Source: Leptospira sp. (GTDB lineage: Bacteria; Spirochaetota; Leptospiria; Leptospirales; Leptospiraceae). Taken from it: a DNA stretch of 38,349 nucleotides. The notes under the pieces were generated by a model that saw only the letters and a program-made list of their open reading frames with translations, was not told the DNA's origin and searched no databases. Positions 27,042-36,914 of this stretch are shown in pieces. The translations under genes were made by a program, and so were the position numbers. Within the stretch, counting starts at the first letter, position 1. Each line of letters starts with the position of its first letter. Location of the stretch: NCBI GenBank assembly GCA_034439575.1, contig JAWXAQ010000024.1, positions 1 to 38,349 of the forward strand. Reading direction: 5' to 3'.

Positions 27042-29117
27042 TTAAGAAAAACCCAAAAATTTTCCAATTTGAAAAACTAATAAGGAACTAATGACAGCAA
27101 GCCCCGTCATATAAAAAAATTGAATTGTGGGCCAAAAAATACTTTGCGTTTCTTTTCTAACGATGGCAAGAGTTGACATACACTGACTAGCGAAGGCGAA
27201 AAAAAGTAAGAGAGAAATACCTGTCAGTGGAGACCAAAGTTTAGTCCCATCTGATTTTTTTTCCTCTCGCAATTTTTCCCGAAGACTAGAACTTTCAGCA
27301 TCATCTTCAGTTCCATAAAGTACGGCTAGTGTAGAAACCATAACTTCCCTTGCGGCAAATGAAGTGATAATAGAAATTCCGATCTTCCAATCAAAACCTA
27401 ACGGAGTCAATACGGGCTCAATGAATTTCCCTGTATAACCTATATAAGAATTTTCTATTAGACTCGTTTTCCATTCGTCACCTGTTTTTGTTACAGGAAA
27501 TGAGGATAAAAACCAAAGTAATATGGAAATGTAAAGAATGATCTGTCCTGCTGATTGAAGGAATGCTTTTACTTTTTGGTACACACTATACCCTAGACTA
27601 CGAAGGGATGGCATCAGATATCTAGGAAGTTCCATGATAAAATAAGAAGAATCTTCTTTGAAAACTGATTTTCGAAATATAAGCCCGATCACGAGTGAAA
27701 CAGTCATTCCCAAGAGAAACATTCCGAAAAGAACTAAACCTTGGACATTGATAAAATCAAAAAGAGGTGGAGATTGAAATATGGTTCCGACTATCAGAAT
27801 GTAAACGGGATATCGTGCAGAACACATGATCAAAGGTGATATCATAATCGTCGTCAGACGGTCTGATTTATTTTCAATCGTCCTTGTTCCCATAATCGCA
27901 GGTACAGCACACGCAGCCGATGAAAGTAAGGGGATAAAAGATTTGCCAGATAATCCAAATTTACCCATAGTTTTATCCATCAAAAAGCTAGCGCGTGCTA
28001 AATATCCTGATTCTTCCAGTATACCTAAAAATGTAAAAAGTAGTGCAATTTGTGGAACAAAAACGATAACACTGCCAACACCACCGAGAATTCCTTCTAC
28101 TAATAAAGCTTTAAATAATCCGTCCGTTAGATGAACTGATGCAAAATTCTGTAATGCTGATATGCCATTCTCAATCATATCCATTGGATATTCTGCGAAT
28201 GTAAATAAAGTTTGGAATAATAAACCCATGATAGTGAAAAAAAATACAAAACCAAAGAAGGGATGAAGTAATACCGAATCTAGTTTTGTATCAAACTTCC
28301 GATTTATGTTTCCACCAGTCATTATAACTTTAGCCAAAATTTGTTTGATATAGAATGATTTTCTTATAATTTCTTCTTGATAGGAAAAATTAAAATCCTT
28401 TGATATAAAATTTGTTTTAAGCCAAGTTACAGACTCTTGTGGAAAGGTATCTAAATATCTAATTTCTGTTTGGCTAGGGTCATTGGATAAAAATTTCAAA
28501 CTTTGACAAAGGAAAAATTCACCTAATGTATTATTGATACCTAAAGATTTTTTATAAGATATCAATAAACTTTCTTCTTTATTTTCCCATTCCCACTTTC
28601 TACCAGGTGATTGAAATTTATCTTCATGGAACAAATATTGTTTTAAATCTGTAATTCCATCGTCTGATTTAGCATTGATTAAATGGATATTTAAACCAAG
28701 TATTTTTTCTAATAAATCTATATCTAGTTTTACATTCTTTTTTTCGAGAACATCTTTCATCGTCATAACAACAAAAACAGATGCACCCATATCTAATACC
28801 TGCAAAAGGAATTGCAAACCGCGTTCTAAATTAAGAGCATCGATTACATAGATTATTTTATCATTCGGATTTCTTTTTAAAAGTATTTCATATGTGATTC
28901 TTTTATCTTCCGTTTTTCCACCCATGCCATAAGTGCCGGGAAGATCGACAAGGTTCATTACATTATCACCTGAATATATGATCCCAGATTTTTGTTCTAC
29001 TGTGACACCACTGAAATTTCCAGTCTTCTGACGAAGTCCTGTTAGTTGATTAAATAAAGTTGTTTTACCACAATTTGGATTTCCAACTAAATAAACTGTA
29101 TGTTTCATCTGCTTCAA
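27042..29117 (-). CDS. feoB: Ferrous iron transport protein B
   Basis: GNPNCGKTTLFN, GNFSGVTVE, DLPGTY, ESGYLAR, CAVPAIM, CSARYPVY, AAREV. Start TTG29117 or ATG29108. Confidence 0.96.
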   Translation of the reverse strand: MKQMKHTVYLVGNPNCGKTTLFNQLTGLRQKTGNFSGVTVEQKSGIIYSGDNVMNLVDLPGTYGMGGKTEDKRITYEILLKRNPNDKIIYVIDALNLERGLQFLLQVLDMGASVFVVMTMKDVLEKKNVKLDIDLLEKILGLNIHLINAKSDDGITDLKQYLFHEDKFQSPGRKWEWENKEESLLISYKKSLGINNTLGEFFLCQSLKFLSNDPSQTEIRYLDTFPQESVTWLKTNFISKDFNFSYQEEIIRKSFYIKQILAKVIMTGGNINRKFDTKLDSVLLHPFFGFVFFFTIMGLLFQTLFTFAEYPMDMIENGISALQNFASVHLTDGLFKALLVEGILGGVGSVIVFVPQIALLFTFLGILEESGYLARASFLMDKTMGKFGLSGKSFIPLLSSAACAVPAIMGTRTIENKSDRLTTIMISPLIMCSARYPVYILIVGTIFQSPPLFDFINVQGLVLFGMFLLGMTVSLVIGLIFRKSVFKEDSSYFIMELPRYLMPSLRSLGYSVYQKVKAFLQSAGQIILYISILLWFLSSFPVTKTGDEWKTSLIENSYIGYTGKFIEPVLTPLGFDWKIGISIITSFAAREVMVSTLAVLYGTEDDAESSSLREKLREEKKSDGTKLWSPLTGISLLLFFAFASQCMSTLAIVRKETQSIFWPTIQFFYMTGLAVISSLLVFQIGKFLGFS

Positions 29118-29350
29118 TTTGATTCTATAATTATATGCTTACAATCTTCGACTCTTAGTCCCACAATGGTCCCTCCAATCATCAATACCATTTTCTCAAG
29201 TGAGGGCTGGTAGGATTGGCATTCTACAATTGCCCCAGGATAAAAGCCGAGCTCAAGTAATTCAGTGATCTGAGAATCAGAAATGGCTGGCCTTTCTAGA
29301 CTAATGATTTTCCCTTTTGATTTTTCTTTTAAATCCGATAGTTTTTTCAT
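29114..29350 (-). CDS. feoA: Ferrous iron transport protein A
   Basis: 78 aa; LSDLK...KGKI, LLELGFYPG, GLR; immediately upstream of feoB. Confidence 0.88.
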   Translation of the reverse strand: MKKLSDLKEKSKGKIISLERPAISDSQITELLELGFYPGAIVECQSYQPSLEKMVLMIGGTIVGLRVEDCKHIIIESN

Positions 29351-30651
29351 TTAGTAACGAACTTTTGTGTATCCCTAAATAAATTGATTTCAGGTGCCAT
29401 AGTTTTTACGTATCTATCAAAATATAACATCTGTTTCATGAGAAGTGCGAATTCTCTTGGGATTTTAAGTCCACTCTTTTCTGCGATGTCTTTTAAATCG
29501 TACATCATATGATTGATTTTTGATTCATCAAAATTTGATACATCGCCAATGGCCATCGCCGAATAAAGAGTTTCCATTTCCGTAAAAACTCCACCCAATT
29601 GTTTGGCGAGGATATTTTTATCCACACCTTTGTCGGTAGAATCCATAGCGATTAGTCCTTCAGCGACCATAGTGGCTTCGCCGAGACCGAGGCCTTGTGT
29701 AAATAAAAGAAGTCCTTTCCAAACATTTGGTGAAATGCGTCCCACGATTCCAAAATCGATAAAACCAATTTGGCCGTCTTTCAATATCATTACGTTTCCT
29801 GCATGTACATCCGCATGAAAAAAACCTCTAGTGGCAAGTGAGGAAAACCAGATTTCCAATGCATCATTTAAAACTTTCCTTGGATTGTTTGTATATTGCC
29901 GTAGCCCCACTTCATCTGTGATGGGAACTCCATAAAACCTTTCCATAGTAAGCACGCGTTTGGTGGAAAGACTGTGGTACACTCGTGGAACTCTAGCTCG
30001 TTCTTCACCAATATCCAATAAATAGTTCTCAAATTCTTCTATATTGGCTGCTTCTTTGATAAAATCTATTTCTTGGAGTATGGAGATTTGGAACTCTGAG
30101 AACATTCCTGTGAGACCTGATTTTTTAAATTCTGGTGCAATCCACTCTAAAACGCGAGTTAGGAGTGCTAAAATTTGCATATCTGTCTTTAAAGTAATAT
30201 GCACATCTGGTCTTTGGACTTTGACAACTACATCCAAGCCTTCTTTGGTAATAGCAGAATGAACTTGAGCTATGGATGCAGATGCAAGTGGTTTTTTATC
30301 AAAATTGTAAAATATATTTTGTATACTATCACCTAGCTCCTGTTCAACGACTCGCCTGATATCTGAATAGGGAACTGGTCTAACTGAATCCAAACATTTT
30401 TGCATCTCTTCTACATATTCCTCTAGGAAAAGAGAAGGTGCACTTGCAATGAATTGGCCTAACTTTATGTAGGTGGCACCTAACGATTCAAATAACTCTC
30501 GCAAAATGACCGCCACTTCTTTGTGATTGGGTCTACCGCTTGCGAACATTTTAAGAATCGCTGCCGATTTGGTGGTAAATACAAAACTGGAATGAAGGAC
30601 TCTAGCACTCGAATGAAAGCCAAAAGAGAAATAATCGGATAAAGATTCCAT
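29347..30651 (-). CDS. ABC1/UbiB/AarF atypical kinase family protein
   Basis: LGATYIKLGQ, PLASASIAQVH, VVVKVQRP, GFFHADVHAGN, IDFGIVG. Confidence 0.93.
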   Translation of the reverse strand: MESLSDYFSFGFHSSARVLHSSFVFTTKSAAILKMFASGRPNHKEVAVILRELFESLGATYIKLGQFIASAPSLFLEEYVEEMQKCLDSVRPVPYSDIRRVVEQELGDSIQNIFYNFDKKPLASASIAQVHSAITKEGLDVVVKVQRPDVHITLKTDMQILALLTRVLEWIAPEFKKSGLTGMFSEFQISILQEIDFIKEAANIEEFENYLLDIGEERARVPRVYHSLSTKRVLTMERFYGVPITDEVGLRQYTNNPRKVLNDALEIWFSSLATRGFFHADVHAGNVMILKDGQIGFIDFGIVGRISPNVWKGLLLFTQGLGLGEATMVAEGLIAMDSTDKGVDKNILAKQLGGVFTEMETLYSAMAIGDVSNFDESKINHMMYDLKDIAEKSGLKIPREFALLMKQMLYFDRYVKTMAPEINLFRDTQKFVTK

Positions 30652-30765
30652 GGGTCAAATCTCTAGGTCGCAATAAGAGAGAAAACGACAAAATCAGTTC
30701 CGAAGGTCTAATTGAAATAGAGTTGCAGGATTAGCCAAGTTCTAAAAACCTATCAAAACATCCCC

Positions 30766-32766
30766 ATGAGCCAAGAGAGTGTCCTGTACCAAGAGCTAGA
30801 AAAGCTCGATTTGAACGAAATTAAGAAGATCGCGACTCTTTGGAACATTCAAAAGTTACCAGGAAAGGACAAAAAATCCACAATCCATGGCCTCATGGAA
30901 GTTTTCCAAAGCGAGTTTTACCTTAAAGGCGTTTTGGAGAAATTTTCACCACTCCAGGTAAATATCATCACTTCGATTCTTAAAAATAAGGGTGTGATGA
31001 CTCTTGGTGAAATCGCTCGTAAAGTAAACATTCCTCCCATCAATATTGAGATGGAGCTAAATGTTCTCAGAAAATACTATCTTGTTTACCAAAGAAAGAA
31101 CAGAGAACGACTTACAAATAACCTAGATAAATACCATGCTTATGATGAATTCGTAAAACTCATCAAAGTTGATATAAATCAAAAAGGCGAAAAATTCAAA
31201 TTTTCAACCGAGAGAGCCTTACACAAAGCTACCTATGCAGAAATTCCCAATGAATGGAAAGAAGCTATCGGTGCCAAAAAGCAAGACTCTGTAGAGAACT
31301 TTCTCAAAGTCGCACTTTCGGGAGAATCTATCCAAGCCGTATTAGACTCATTAGGCGATTTTGATCGTGATGTATTGCATAAGATTTACACACATGGTGG
31401 TGTGATTGAAATGGAAACGATTCGCAATTATATCACAGTGAATCGCGGAAAATTTGAAGTCTGTATCCCTCACCTAACGTCTTTATATTTAATTCGAGAT
31501 ATTTATTACGTAGAAGATAAATTCATTCGTGTCGTGGTGATACCGAAAGAAATTTTAGATCACCTTCAGTATTCACCGATTTTGCCGCCTGTCAAAAAAG
31601 GAACGAGAGTTCGCCAAGAAAAGATCAGTGCCAATGGTCTCGACTTTTACTTAAACGTCAAAAAGCTCGTTTCTTATATTTCCAGAAAAGGGCTAAACCT
31701 AGCAAAATCTGGTAAAATCAAACAAGCGGATCACAAACGTACAGAAACAGAATTACTTTCTCCTGATATAGAAATATTTCCTGAAAAAAGCCAAGTATAT
31801 CAAATCGAACTCATCCTTCCAATTTTAAAACTTCTTGGTTACGTAGACATTAAGGGCGAAAATGTTATCCTAACAAGTGAAACCGATGAATTTTTGAAAA
31901 AAGATATCTTCGAGATAATGAAGATCGTTATCCATGAAGTGAATGAAGCAAGAACAAGAAGGCTCAGTCCTCCGGAGGTCTTTACTGCCGCCGAAGTTCC
32001 GTTCTACGAAAAAAGCATCCTTGATAAAACAGTGAAATTGATTATGGCCCATGGCAAAATCAATGTATCCGTTATTTTTTCACATATCGTTCGTGACCAT
32101 TTGGTTTTCGCACCTACGTTTCAGATAAAAACGTATGAAGAAGATCTAGCCGACCTACGTAAAGAAATCATCTCAGCAATATTTTACTTACAACTGTTTG
32201 GTTTGATCGAAGTAGAATACCCTCAAAGAAATTTGAGCCTTGCCGAACTAGGAAAACATTATTTTAATCATGATCCTCTTACCACTCCGACAGAGAAGGG
32301 TGGGATCACAATTAACCCTGACTTCTCGATCATTGCATTTCCGGATCGAGTTTCTTTAAATGGCATTCATTTACTCAAAGCATTTTGTGAACTGAAAGAC
32401 TATGATCGTGTTTATACTTTTATTCTGACTAAGGATTCCTTCCAATTGGGGATCTTACTTGGTTATGAAAAAGATACTTTCATACAATTTTTACGTGAAT
32501 CAAGTAAAGCTGAACTTGCACAAAATTTACTATTCTTACTCGATGATTGGGGAAATAACCTTCCGATTGTTACGATCACAGAAGACTCGGTATTACTAAG
32601 AACCAAAGATGCTCTTGTTATGGAGTTACTCCTTGGTCAAATCAAAGGTAAAAAATTTGTTTTGGAAGAAGTGAGCCCGACTGGAATCATTATTGAAAAG
32701 TCGAAAGTCATGGAAGTCATAGCGATAGCGGAAAAACTCAACATGATCATCCGCTTGAATCGCTAA
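30766..32766 (+). CDS. Helicase-associated (Helicase_C_3 / Tfb2-p52-like) domain protein without ATPase motifs
   Basis: C-terminal [10 protein letters not shown]...YTFILTKDS...FL...S..ELAQNL...LDDW pattern; several winged-helix-like segments; no Walker A/B seen. Confidence 0.75.
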   Translation: MSQESVLYQELEKLDLNEIKKIATLWNIQKLPGKDKKSTIHGLMEVFQSEFYLKGVLEKFSPLQVNIITSILKNKGVMTLGEIARKVNIPPINIEMELNVLRKYYLVYQRKNRERLTNNLDKYHAYDEFVKLIKVDINQKGEKFKFSTERALHKATYAEIPNEWKEAIGAKKQDSVENFLKVALSGESIQAVLDSLGDFDRDVLHKIYTHGGVIEMETIRNYITVNRGKFEVCIPHLTSLYLIRDIYYVEDKFIRVVVIPKEILDHLQYSPILPPVKKGTRVRQEKISANGLDFYLNVKKLVSYISRKGLNLAKSGKIKQADHKRTETELLSPDIEIFPEKSQVYQIELILPILKLLGYVDIKGENVILTSETDEFLKKDIFEIMKIVIHEVNEARTRRLSPPEVFTAAEVPFYEKSILDKTVKLIMAHGKINVSVIFSHIVRDHLVFAPTFQIKTYEEDLADLRKEIISAIFYLQLFGLIEVEYPQRNLSLAELGKHYFNHDPLTTPTEKGGITINPDFSIIAFPDRVSLNGIHLLKAFCELKDYDRVYTFILTKDSFQLGILLGYEKDTFIQFLRESSKAELAQNLLFLLDDWGNNLPIVTITEDSVLLRTKDALVMELLLGQIKGKKFVLEEVSPTGIIIEKSKVMEVIAIAEKLNMIIRLNR

Positions 32767-32773
32767 ATCAGAA

Positions 32774-33067
32774 TTATTTTTTTTCTACAACTGCTTCTGG
32801 ATCTGTAATTTTTATTTTTGATTTAAAGTCCCATTTGCGAAACGGTGAGACTGCATCGAGTCTTTCTTGCGAAACAAAAAAGAGCCGATCTCCGTATTTT
32901 ACAAGGCCACCTTTATAGTAGGCGTATTTTGTTTTGTGGTCCACAAGGCCGAGTTCTGAGACTTTGTTCCAATCTTCACAGGTTTTTAGCGAAGGCACCT
33001 TCCTTAAGTGCAATTCTTTGATAGAGCCTTCTTTTACTGCGTCTCGGAGTACTTTTTCCCATTCCAT
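32774..33067 (-). CDS. Small hypothetical protein
   Basis: 97-aa ORF with protein-like composition filling the intergenic space. Confidence 0.75.
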   Translation of the reverse strand: MEWEKVLRDAVKEGSIKELHLRKVPSLKTCEDWNKVSELGLVDHKTKYAYYKGGLVKYGDRLFFVSQERLDAVSPFRKWDFKSKIKITDPEAVVEKK

Positions 33068-33153
33068 ATTCGAATAGCCTTTCTTTCCCTAGGGAAATTT
33101 CAATTTGTTTTTTTATTACAATTCCACTATCGGCGAAGATTCCAATTAATTTA

Positions 33154-33639
33154 CTAAGGATTTTTCGGGACTTTGCGAAGTGTTTTTCGGTAGCGGATAT
33201 AAAATCTTTCAAAATCAGAATGATCCCAAAAAGAAATGGCATCTGAATTTGCTAGAATGGCTCTAAGTTCAATGCTTGGTATCATTTTTTCATGACACCA
33301 ATTCTCTACATCATCTAACAATACTTTCATGAAGCCTTTGTTCTTTTTCCCATTTTTGGTAACAGCTAAATCAATAAATAAGGACTGTCCTTCTTCTAAA
33401 TGTGGTTTTTCTTCTACCCTTCCAATAAGTAAAGAAACTAACTCCTCTCCTTCAAAGATCCCTTTCATATAAACTTTGCCTGTTCCTAGAATTTTGAAGT
33501 AGATGTCAGTAAATTTTGTGGCGGCTCGGGGCCTTATGCGAAAGACCCCGTCTAACGGTAGTTCATTAACTTTTCTGAAAAATTGATTTACGAGTTCAAT
33601 CACCTGATTGCGGTCAGATTCAACAAGTTCTCTTAGCAC
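33154..33639 (-). CDS. GNAT family N-acetyltransferase
   Basis: LFIDLAVT...KNKGFMKVLL acetyl-CoA loop variant; N..AISFW; GTG overlaps the GlyRS stop by 1 nt. Confidence 0.8.
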   Translation of the reverse strand: MLRELVESDRNQVIELVNQFFRKVNELPLDGVFRIRPRAATKFTDIYFKILGTGKVYMKGIFEGEELVSLLIGRVEEKPHLEEGQSLFIDLAVTKNGKKNKGFMKVLLDDVENWCHEKMIPSIELRAILANSDAISFWDHSDFERFYIRYRKTLRKVPKNP

Positions 33640-35039
33640 TATACAATTCGTTCAAAAAGATAAGATTTTATTGACGAAACAGGGATACGATCTTGTTTCA
33701 TAGAATCTCTTTCGCGAATGGTCACCGTGCCATCTTTGATTGTATCATAATCAACAGTGATGCAATAGGGCGTTCCAATTTCATCATGGCGACGATACCT
33801 TTTTCCGATCGCACCACCTTCATCATAGTCAACGTACCAATGAGGAAGAAGGTCTTTATAAATTTCCTTTGCCTTTTCATCCAAACCATCTTTTTTCATC
33901 AATGGGAATATGGCGACTTTCATAGGTGAAACACGTTTTCCAAAACGAAGAACAGTGCGGATTTCGTCTTTTTCTAATTTTTCTTCTTCATAGGCATCGC
34001 AAAGTACAGCAAGAAAGAGACGATTTAAGCCTAATGCTGGTTCAACGACATATGGAAGATACTTTTTCTTTTCTTCTAAATCATGATATTTCAGATCTTC
34101 GGAAGAAAATTTTTCGTGTTGCGTCAGATCATAATCTGTCCGAGAGGCAACACCCCAAAGTTCACCCCAACCAAACGGGTATTTGTATTCGATATCGCTT
34201 GTGGAATCACTATAAAAAGAAAGTTCCTCTTTAGCGTGTTCTCTGACTCGCAGATTTTCCTTTTTCAAACCCACAACATTCACAAGCCAGTTCATACAAT
34301 AATCAACCCAATACTTGAACCATTCTTTTTGGGTGCCAGGCTCGCAGAAAAATTCCATTTCCATTTGTTCAAATTCGCGAGTCCTAAATATAAATTGTCG
34401 TGCCATGATTTCGTTACGAAATGACTTACCAATTTGGGCGATCCCGAAGGGGATTTTTTTACGGGCGATTTGGTTTACATTTTTAAAATTGATAAAAATA
34501 CCTTGGGCCGTTTCTGGTCGAAGGTAGATATCCGTTGATCCTTCTTCGGAGGCACCATGTGCGGTTTTGAACATTAGGTTGAACTGGCGAGCTTCCGTAA
34601 AAGAGCCGACCGTCCCGCAAGTAGGGCAGGCATACGCCTTTTCGATAATCCGAGCTGTCAATTGTTCGAGAGTTTTACCAGTAGCCGCATCTTCGCCCTC
34701 TTTATCCTCAAGAAACTTGTCCACTCGCACGCGAGCCTTGCACTTTTTGCAATCCATGAGTGGGTCATTAAAATTGGAAACATGACCAGATGCTTCCCAA
34801 ACGCGAGGATGCAGAAGAATGGATGAGTCAAGGCCGAGAATATCATCTCTTCGGTGCACAAAATATTCCCACCAGAGCCTTTTTAAATTATTTAAGACTT
34901 CCACTCCGTTCGGGCCGTAGTCAAAGGTATTAGAGAGACCGCCATAGATTTCGGAACCTGGGAATACAAAGCCTCTCCTTTTGGAGACTGCTACGATGGA
35001 TTTTAATGATTGTTCTTCTTTCTCTTTCGGCTGTGCCAT
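33639..35039 (-). CDS. glyQS: Glycine--tRNA ligase (alpha2, eukaryotic/archaeal-like type)
   Basis: KRRGFVFPGSEIYGG, WEASGH, YLRPETAQGIF, FRNEI...FIFRTREFEQME, IGKRYRRHDEIGTP. Confidence 0.96.
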   Translation of the reverse strand: MAQPKEKEEQSLKSIVAVSKRRGFVFPGSEIYGGLSNTFDYGPNGVEVLNNLKRLWWEYFVHRRDDILGLDSSILLHPRVWEASGHVSNFNDPLMDCKKCKARVRVDKFLEDKEGEDAATGKTLEQLTARIIEKAYACPTCGTVGSFTEARQFNLMFKTAHGASEEGSTDIYLRPETAQGIFINFKNVNQIARKKIPFGIAQIGKSFRNEIMARQFIFRTREFEQMEMEFFCEPGTQKEWFKYWVDYCMNWLVNVVGLKKENLRVREHAKEELSFYSDSTSDIEYKYPFGWGELWGVASRTDYDLTQHEKFSSEDLKYHDLEEKKKYLPYVVEPALGLNRLFLAVLCDAYEEEKLEKDEIRTVLRFGKRVSPMKVAIFPLMKKDGLDEKAKEIYKDLLPHWYVDYDEGGAIGKRYRRHDEIGTPYCITVDYDTIKDGTVTIRERDSMKQDRIPVSSIKSYLFERIV

Positions 35040-35099
35040 ATCCGCCAAATTTTTTGTTTTCCATGAAAATTCAAAGTATTTTCCTAGAGATAGTCAAGA

Positions 35100-36914
35100 A
35101 TGAGCTCATTAAATCATAACCAAGTTTCACCCTGGGTCAAAAAATCTCTGAGTTTTTTGATTTGGCTCTCTCCTCTTTTTTCATTGAGTCTTTTTTTCCC
35201 TCTCGGAGTGCTCTTTGCCTATCCTCGTGAGTTACGGCTTCGCACAAAAGCGCTGGCCATCATTTGGATTTATGTGATCACCTGGGTTCTATTCTTTCCG
35301 ATTGAACTCATCCATCGTGCGAGTCTAGACAATGAGATGCTGATCAATGGATTTCTTTCTGATAAGTCAAATGTTGATACGATCAAAGGCATCTTCATAC
35401 TGTTAATCGGTATTTTATTGTTTCTGAATTATATTCATTCATCTTCTAGACAATCGAAACGAAAAGAAAAAAGACAAATTAGTTTAAATCAACATTTTCC
35501 AGGATCAAGTTTGAGAAAAGGGAACATCATTCGGGATGCAAAATTTGATACCTTCCTTCTTGTATTTTTTCTAGCTTTGTTTCTAGCCGTCGCATTTGAT
35601 TTGTTACTCGAAAAAGTATATCCTATGAATCCGCATAACCCACTTGCGGCGCTCAGTGATATCCACCAATTCGTTTTCAATTATTTGGTTTCTGTTTCCA
35701 TCTTACTCTTGGGTTTCAATCGGGGAAAGATACCATCCTTATTTGCAAGATTTATGTTAAATTATCAGTCGGGCATACATCTTCGCGAGGCATGGAAAGA
35801 AAAATATGTAAAGAATGAAAAGATAGCTTTTTTGAAAGAAATGATAGTTAAAAAGAAGGCACTTTTCAGAGAACGTTTGTTACCTGGGTATGGACATATT
35901 TATCTAGAAGACTTTTGGCGCGGGTTTCCTATATTATTTGTAGGACTTTTGTTATGGTTGTTTTTAAGTGTTTGGACATTCTCATTTATTTCTCCCGTTT
36001 TTGGAATTCAGTTTTTGGGAAGTATGGGTTTAAAACCAGGCATTGCAGATAAAGATTTTTTTGTCGCATCACAAAACATCGCTTATCTGATCCTTAGTAT
36101 CATCGCCCTTATATTTGTTTATGTTTATTCATTACGTCTTTTAAATCAAAGTTTTACTCTAGAAAATCTGGGTTATAGGAAAGCTATAGATCCAGATGAA
36201 AAAGAACCAGTATTTGCCTTTGGACTCAGACGTGGTTTTAAAAATATTTTACCCATTTCGCTATTGTTTCACCTAATCATACTTTGTCTGGTTTTTATTA
36301 TACCTATCTCTATCCAAAGAAACTCTTCTAAAAAAAATAACTCGGCAGATAAATCCAAACATTTCCAACCAGAAAAAATGGAATTTTACTTTATCGATCC
36401 GAATATCCCGGATGAGATGCAAGGTCTGAATGGTGGTGTCATTACAGGAACTGACACGACTAACAAGGATCAAGGTGAAAAAATTTCGAATGAAAAAACA
36501 GCTGATAATGGCCCAAAAGCTGGATATGTAAAAAAAATTCGCGGGAAAAAGGTTCCTGCCACTTATTCAAATTATATATCCGCAAAAATGAGAATTCCTG
36601 AAAGTTATATGGAATATTGGGCGAAAGCTCCTCATCCTTATTCTAGCGTTGTTTCTTATACGATTACCCAAGAAGGTGATATCATCGATATTGAAATGAT
36701 AGAAGGTTCAAATTATCCCGAACAAGATCGCTTAACCTTGGAATTAATAGAAAGCCTCGCACCGATGATCCCACCACCAAACACGGAAGGGGACATTCGA
36801 GTGACAGAACTTTTCTGGAATGGTCCCATTGATCCAGATTTTGTTCCTACAGCATTGCAAAAAGAAATGGTACACATGTTTGACGGAAGATATATGGAAG
36901 AGGTTCCTGAGTGA
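35100..36914 (+). CDS. Polytopic membrane protein with a C-terminal TonB/TolA-like module
   Basis: Multiple TM segments; last TM ISLLFHLII with S-x3-H; polar linker; VVSYTITQEGDIIDIEMIEGSNYPEQD...APMIPPP TonB_C-like domain. Confidence 0.8.
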   Translation: MSSLNHNQVSPWVKKSLSFLIWLSPLFSLSLFFPLGVLFAYPRELRLRTKALAIIWIYVITWVLFFPIELIHRASLDNEMLINGFLSDKSNVDTIKGIFILLIGILLFLNYIHSSSRQSKRKEKRQISLNQHFPGSSLRKGNIIRDAKFDTFLLVFFLALFLAVAFDLLLEKVYPMNPHNPLAALSDIHQFVFNYLVSVSILLLGFNRGKIPSLFARFMLNYQSGIHLREAWKEKYVKNEKIAFLKEMIVKKKALFRERLLPGYGHIYLEDFWRGFPILFVGLLLWLFLSVWTFSFISPVFGIQFLGSMGLKPGIADKDFFVASQNIAYLILSIIALIFVYVYSLRLLNQSFTLENLGYRKAIDPDEKEPVFAFGLRRGFKNILPISLLFHLIILCLVFIIPISIQRNSSKKNNSADKSKHFQPEKMEFYFIDPNIPDEMQGLNGGVITGTDTTNKDQGEKISNEKTADNGPKAGYVKKIRGKKVPATYSNYISAKMRIPESYMEYWAKAPHPYSSVVSYTITQEGDIIDIEMIEGSNYPEQDRLTLELIESLAPMIPPPNTEGDIRVTELFWNGPIDPDFVPTALQKEMVHMFDGRYMEEVPE

